A stretch of DNA of 24,502 bases. Source: Macrostomum lignano (Eukaryota). The notes under the pieces were generated by a model that saw nothing but the letters and a program-made list of their open reading frames with translations, ran no database searches and was not told the origin of the DNA. Shown one piece after another: positions 18,850 to 24,502 of the stretch (positions are counted from its first letter, which is position 1; each line of letters opens with the position of its first letter). The translations under genes were made by a program, and so were the position numbers. Location of the stretch: NCBI GenBank assembly GCA_002269645.1, contig NIVC01003222.1, positions 1 through 24,502 on the forward strand, in the 5' to 3' direction.

Positions 18850-19065
18850 AAAGGTCATTTGAAGGTCCAGCAGGCAAAAGGTCACTTCAAGGTCAAGAAC
18901 AGAGGGTCAATTTAAGGTCAAGCACACAAAAAAGGTCAAAGGTCAAGTTAATTAGGTCAATATTTCTGTCAACCTATTGTTACTTTTCCCCTTTCAAGGT
19001 CGCATTAAAGGCAAGTAAAGGAAAGTACCGGTAAGGTCACTTCAAGGTCATGAAATCAGGTCAAG
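18850..19065. repeat. Decayed repeat or homotypic AGGTCA cluster, NRBP intron 2
   Basis: 10 AGGTCA plus 1 GGGTCA, all in the same orientation. Confidence 0.85.
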
Positions 19066-19101
19066 CTAATGCCCACAAAAATGAATGAAGAAACCACTCA
19101 C

Positions 19102-19310
19102 TTAATAACGGACAGCAGGATGCCGGTGTACTTTCTCCACATGACACTGTTAATCTTGGAGTTGCTTAGGTACTGTTTAAGCGAGCCTTCCTCCGTTCTT
19201 TCGGTGACGAATACGAATTTTGATTGGCCATCTTCTAACTGCACTGTCCAGTTGTCCAGGATTCGAACCATCGACGGATGATTAATGCGCCTCAGTTTGC
19301 GGAAAAGCGA
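19102..19310 (-). CDS. NRBP: NRBP-like exon 2 (pseudokinase N-lobe/hinge)
   Basis: SLFRKLRRINHPSMVRILDNW...FVFVTERTEEGSLKQYL...WRKYTGILLSVI aligns without gaps to NRBP. Acceptor is AAG (CTAATCAAG|TCG); donor AA|GTGAGT, phase 2. Confidence 0.85.
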
Positions 19311-19394
19311 CTTGATTAGGGAGGGGGGGCGATTGTTGTTAACACTAAAACTCTCCGGTTATTGATACCCTAATCCCAAGTCTTCCGACTTTCC

Positions 19395-19895
19395 AAATCC
19401 CCAGTTATCAATCCCTAGTTATCAGATATTAATCCCTGGTTATCGATATTAATCCCTAGGTATCAATATTAATCCCTGGTTAACAACATTACCCTCATTT
19501 ATCGATATAAACGACCCAGTTATCGATATTAATCTCTAGTTATCGATATCAAGCCCCAGTTATCGATGTTGATCCTGGTTATCAAAACTAACGCGTTATC
19601 GATATTTACTCCCTAGTTTTCGATAATAATCCCTAGCGCTATCGATACTAACCGTTAGTTATTGGTAATAATTCCTAGTTATCGATACTAATGCCTAGTT
19701 ATCGATATTAACTCCTAATTACCGAGAATAATGAGTAGTTATCAGTATTAATTTTAGGTTATCAATTTTAATGCTTAAATATCGATACTACATCGATATG
19801 CCAGTTACAAATATCCCTAATCCTGAGCTAACGATTGTCTAATCTAAAGCATCAAAATAATTAATGTCGACATCGATAAACCAAATCGATATCAA
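19395..19895. repeat. Decayed ~20-21-bp minisatellite with a TATCGATA core, NRBP intron 1
   Basis: Consensus about GTTATCGATATTAATCCCTA; 9 exact TATCGATA. Confidence 0.88.
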
Positions 19896-19906
19896 AGTGA
19901 AATTAC

Positions 19907-20299
19907 CTCCAACTCGGCAACAGCTTTGCCCTGATCGCTGCCAATCAGCACCTCGTTCCAGAGCACCTCCCTGCCAACCTTGGGATCAATAGACAGATAA
20001 GTGGAATCAACGCCAACAATGGTCACTGGCTGGCGTATGTTCCGTTTCTGGAATCGTTCACTCGGACTTTTCTCAATTATTTTCTCATTATCATCGTCGT
20101 CGTCGTCTTCGACGTCCGGCGCGCCGGCGTCGAGATCGACCACGGTCGGCTCCGCCGACGAGGAAGCGATAGTATTGTTACTATTGTTAGTATTGCTGGA
20201 CGATTGGTTTGTAGCAATATTAGATGTTGGATCGTTTATTGTTTGCGAAGACGATGTTGCAGTATTGTGGCTGAGTTCGTTTTGTTGTTGTTGCTGCAT
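19907..20299 (-). CDS. NRBP: NRBP/Madm-like pseudokinase, coding exon 1
   Basis: ATG at 20299. A Q/S/N-rich leader, then EKIIEKSPSERFQKR...GVDSTYLSIDPKVGREVLWNEV, matching NRBP1 EILEESPCGRWQKR...GIDSAYLAMDTEEGVEVVWNEV. Donor GAG|GTAATT, phase 0. Confidence 0.9.
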
Positions 20300-20653
20300 G
20301 GCAATAATTTTTATAGTATTTTTGCGCACCAAATCAGACAGACCGTCACAGTTCTTTGGACTGCCACGAGTGCGGTGTTGCTTTAACGAAATAAACGTAA
20401 CAGGCCAACAACAGCATGAATATTATGCATTAGAATTATTGCTTTTAATAACCTTTAAAAGTTTAAAGGTTTTTATATTTAATACACTCGTATTTTATGC
20501 TTGGCGTGATATCGGCGATATTTGTTTGTTTTTACTTTTTGGTAGGTTTAAGTGCTATTGGCTAATTATAATAGTAAGAGTTATTACATAAGAGACTTAT
20601 AAGTCTTAGATACTTTCGTTGCAAATAGGTGGCATAATTCTACTTGTCTGGCC

Positions 20654-21733
20654 TGGCCAATGTGTAGCTTTGGATGACAAATGCTCTACGGGTAGCTAAT
20701 AGGTTGTCAGCTGTGTTGTTAATGTGTAGCTTTGGTTGACAAATGCTCTACGGGTAGCTAATAGGTTGTCAGCTGTGTTGTTAATGTGTAGCTTTGGTTG
20801 ACAAATGCTCTACGGGTAGCTAATAGGTTGTCAGCTGTGTTGTTAATGTGTAGCTTTGGTTGACAAATGCTCTACGGGTAGCTAATAGGTTGTCAGCTGT
20901 GTTGTTAATGTGTAGCTTTGCGATGACAAATGCTCTACGGGTAGCTAATAGGTTGTCAGCTGTGTTGTTAATGTGTAGCTTTGCGATGACAAATGCTCTA
21001 CGGGTAGCTAATAGGTTGTCAGCTGTGTTGTTAATGTGTAGCTTTGGTTGACAAATGCTCTACGGGTAGCTAATAGGTTGTCATTTGTGTTGTTAATGTG
21101 TAGCTTTGGGATAACAAATGCTCTACGGGTAGCTAATAGGTTGTCAGCTGTGTTGTTAATGTGTAGCTTTGGGAACAAAAATGATATACGGGTAGCTAAT
21201 AGGTTGTCATTTGTGTTGTTAATGTGTAGCTTTGGGAACAAAAATGATATACGGGTAGCTAATAGGTTGTCAGCTGTGTTGTTAATGTGTAGCTTTGGGA
21301 ACAAAAATGATATACGGGTAGCTAATAGGTTGTCATTTGTGTTGTTAATGTGTAGCTTTGGGAACAAAAATGATATACGGGTAGCTAATAGGTTGTCAGC
21401 TGTGTTGTTAATGTGTAGCTTTGGGAACAAAAATGATATACGGGTAGCTAATAGGTTGTCAGCTGTGTTGTTAATGTGTAGCTTTGGGAACAAAAATGAT
21501 ATACGGGTAGCTAATAGGTTGTCATTTGTGTTGTTAATGTGTAGCTTTGGGAACAAAAATGATATACGGGTAGCTAATAGGTTGTCATTTGTGTTGTTAA
21601 TGTGTAGCTTTGGGAACAAAAATGATATACGGGTAGCTAATAGGTTGTCATTTGTGTTGTTAATGTGTAGCTTTGGGAACAAAAATGATATACGGGTAGC
21701 TAATAGGTTGTCATTTGTGTTGTTAATGTGTAG
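20654..21733. repeat. 62/63-bp minisatellite, 17 copies, upstream of the NRBP ATG
   Basis: AGGTTGTCA anchor at 20701, 20763, 20825, 20887, 20950 ... 21705. Confidence 0.98.
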
Positions 21734-21897
21734 CAACCGTTTCGGCCATATGTCACATGTTTTGATTCATTCAAGTTAAATTATGCAGTAACAAAAGATT
21801 TTATAGCAACTTTTTACTAGATGAATCTTTTGGCATTTTCAATAGCAATTTTTAATTTAATCGACTCCAAGAATAGGCACTGTTTAGTCAGTCTTAC

Positions 21898-21994
21898 TGA
21901 CGGCCGATTCGATTTGAACAACTTTTTTCTACTAGGATTGATCGAACAGTTCGGTATGGGCGAGAAAAATGCGATTAGCGCAACTACAAGTAGA
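21898..21994 (-). other. Candidate non-coding 5'UTR exon of the NRBP-like gene
   Basis: Long polypyrimidine tract TTTTTTTCTCTTCCTTTATCTGTTTCTGAATTCTAG| before 21994 and donor TCA|GTAAGA at 21897. This would place the 62/63-bp array inside a 5'UTR intron. Confidence 0.35.
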
Positions 21995-24212
21995 CTAGAA
22001 TTCAGAAACAGATAAAGGAAGAGAAAAAAATGGCAAATAAAAATTCCGATTTTGCCGACTTTGATCGCCAAGAATCGGGCCTGTTTAAAGCCTCTCTTCT
22101 CCTATGCCTGTCACACATTTTCTCTTTTTTTCACTCTGGTGAAAATAGCGAATTAGTAACTAGGCCGCGAAGCTGACTAAAGCCGCATTAGCACAAGTTT
22201 TTTCTCATCATTTCGTTTGATCGGCAACGTCAGGCCTGGGCGGATGAAAGATCAAACAGTGCCGCCAGGACGGGCAGAAATAGCCAAAAACGGCACAACT
22301 ACGGACCGCAGTACTAAAACGAACTGCATAATGAAATCAATTATGAGCCGTGAGTCGGGCAACGGTTTATTTTTTTTAAAGAGAAAAGTTGCAGACCAGA
22401 CAGACAGACGGACAGGCCTAGACAGGCATCAGCAAGAAGGATTAGGGATTCCTCAAACAAGACACCGCGCGGTCCCATCTCTAACTTTCTAAACTTCCCA
22501 ATAGGTTGCGGTGGCGGCGGCAGCTTTTAGAAGAAAGAAGACATCATTCTATCCAAGACTACCCCCCCCCCCACAACGGTAGCTTGTCTCGTCCCACGGA
22601 CTGAGAAGTGTTTATCAAGGATGAGGGGGTGGGGCAGGTAGGATGAAGAGATTAACCCTAGACTTAGAGGGGAGACGAGCCTTTAACCACAGCTTTCGCC
22701 AAAAAATACACACAAGCCTCCGTGCCCCCACCACCTCTACGCGCCTTTTTAGCATCAAAGACTGCCGCCAGGGCCAGCAATCTGCTACAGACAGCAGTGG
22801 CCGAAGGGGCTGCCGAAACCACCCGCTGTGCCGGGTCGAGGGGCGGGTAGCAGCTTTTGGGCGAGGTCGGCCTCCCAATATGAAGAGAGATGGCGGCATC
22901 CTTTGATGTTTCGGCAGCGCAAAGCCAGAAATAGGCAATGGGAAAAACGGGGGTTGCCCATAGAGCGCGCAGAAATGGTTAAAAGCAAACGATTTCGGCC
23001 TGGCTTCAGTCTCGCAGTCAGTCCATCATTGAATGTTTGCAAAAGACGAATTCCAAGCATAAAATGCACCACCTTTTTCAAACTAACTATATGCATTTAT
23101 TTCTTCTGATCAGACCTGCCTCTGACAGAAAATTTAATTCTTTTTCTTTTTTTCTCCACCCACAAAGATGTTTATAGATTGCGTCAGAGCGGAACTGTGA
23201 GAGAAAATACTGAATTGGACTGACAGAGAGACCGCGTGATTCACTCGTAGAGACCTGTTTCAGAACAAAGATCACTAGAATGTGCTCATTCTTTGTTTTT
23301 GTTGGCAATCCAATTTGCAATTGGCACAGAGACTTTAGGCTGCGAATAATCATCTCTGCCAAACCCAGGACTCCTAAGTCTGTTTGTGTCACATTAATTT
23401 GGCCGCAGGTGTATAAAATTCCATTTTCTACTAAATGATTAAAAACAGAAACTTGACAGGACGCTCCGTAGTGTTGCATTTTTGCGTCGAAAATATTAAC
23501 GAGTCTTTCCTGGCATCTTCTTTTTTGCTTGCTTGACACAAGAAGTAAAGGTTTAGGGTAATGTTATAAATCAGAATTAAAGATTTCATTGTGATATAAC
23601 ACATGCTTCTACTATGTTTGTATGCAAAGAAGCAGTGCATATAACTTAAAACTATTGGGTAGTTTGATTTGCAACATTGGTTTGCTTCTATTTCCAAATT
23701 ATAACCCGTCGTTATGACTACAAAACATTTCCTAGAAAAATCCAGGTGTCCCGACGTAGCGGTCTTTGAATAAGGCACAATAACAGACGAAGAGAATAGA
23801 TAAAAATAGACTAGCCGACACTTGAAAGGAAGCCGCCGCCGATTTCTTCTTCTTAATAATACTAAACTCTAAGACGGAAAACCACTCCTTGTGGTTGGCT
23901 GGCCAAGTCCTACTACTGACTATACGAGTAGAGCGCTGTTTAGATTGGCAGAAGACGGGACCAACCCCATCTTAGCCTTCCAGCATCCTCTTTGATCGCG
24001 GAAGCGGCAAAATTTTTGTATAAATACCGGCCGAAACCATGCCTTCCTAGCTGTAGTATTTCATTCACAGGACAGCTCTGACCGTGCAGAAGAAACCAGA
24101 CATTGTGTGACTCGAAATCAAATAGTTTCAATTTTTTAAAAACACCAATACAAAATGTCGCTGCCAATAGGCTCAGAAACTAATAAGAACAACAAATCAT
24201 TCAAGCTACTAA

Positions 24213-24321
24213 GTACAATGGCTAGCTGTGCTATGCTTAAGCGCGCTAGTTCAACAATTTTTCAACGATAGAAGCGGCGTCAATCAACGTCGGCATTGGG
24301 CATCGCGAATTAGCAGCGTTG
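24213..24321 (+). CDS. Probable signal-peptide exon of a divergent secreted or membrane protein (start codon unresolved)
   Basis: Open frame VQWLAVLCLSALVQQFFNDRSG...ISSV ending at a strong donor G|GTGAGT (24322), phase 1. No in-frame ATG after the TAA at 24210-24212. Confidence 0.4.
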
Positions 24322-24393
24322 GTGAGTAGTGAATGAAGAATTTTAACGTACTTATTTAGGCTTATTTACAATGTATCGAAACCTTAACTGCAG

Positions 24394-24502
24394 ACGGCCC
24401 CTACAGCATCACCTACGACTTAAGTCGACGCGCCGGCCCGCTCTGCCCACGAGGATTTAAACGCGAGCCAAGACACGCTCGACGCTGCTTCAAGGTGGTA
24501 CT
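24394..24502 (+). CDS. Partial exon, possibly the start of a C-type lectin-like domain (runs off the window)
   Basis: 72-nt GT-AG intron ending TTAACTGCAG; only the phase-1 frame is open: GPYSITYDLSRRAGPLCPRGFKREPRHARRCFKVV. CPxGF...CFKV resembles the CPxGW...CY(K) start of C-type lectin domains. Confidence 0.45.

Noticed and set aside
3441-21733. CRISPR-like arrays (28-63-bp palindromic repeats)
   Set aside because: No unique spacers (units are contiguous), no cas genes, and the context is spliceosomal introns of eukaryotic genes.
1203-21733. A general rule that arrays are pyrimidine-rich on the sense strand
   Set aside because: True for several arrays, but those in PSMD4 intron 4 and NRBP intron 9 go the other way, so the pattern is not consistent.
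20860-21779. 242-243-aa ORFs with 21-aa repeats on both strands
   Set aside because: A by-product of the 63-bp unit being a multiple of 3; they break where units are 62 bp.
22380-23110. Several 85-107-aa ORFs, a C11 tract and a short GACA relic upstream of NRBP
   Set aside because: No recognisable domain, splice-consistent model, terminal repeats or target-site duplication; insufficient evidence for a gene or mobile element.
24019-24066. TATAAATA (24019) and Inr-like TCATTC (24061) as core promoter of the plus-strand gene
   Set aside because: Spacing of about 44 nt is too long for a TATA-Inr pair, and both motifs are common in AT-rich DNA.

Overview
Eukaryotic (animal) genomic DNA, not prokaryotic. 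It holds two intron-containing genes in tandem on the minus strand, plus the probable start of a third, divergent gene on the plus strand at the right edge. (1) PSMD4/Rpn10 (26S proteasome ubiquitin receptor): 5 exons, 4219->743, about 426 aa once an apparent 1-nt frameshift in exon 4 is repaired. (2) An NRBP/Madm-family pseudokinase: 10 exons, 20299->7671. All intron phases are compatible, giving 1443 aa, roughly 600 aa of it an unrecognised extension beyond the NRBP homology. (3) A two-exon fragment at 24213-24502 that looks like a signal peptide followed by a C-type-lectin-like start. All 13 predicted introns of the two main genes carry tandem or direct repeats. Most units contain a palindromic or hairpin core, three arrays share one seed, and two decayed arrays have kept only a transcription-factor-like core (AGGTCA; TATCGATA). 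Most long ORFs in the supplied track are artefacts of these repeats. GC-rich Ala/Gln-rich exons with minisatellite-filled introns suggest a Macrostomum-like flatworm, but this is an impression, not a demonstration. Exon models were built by hand from GT-AG sites, frame continuity and remembered human PSMD4/NRBP1 sequences; no database search was run.
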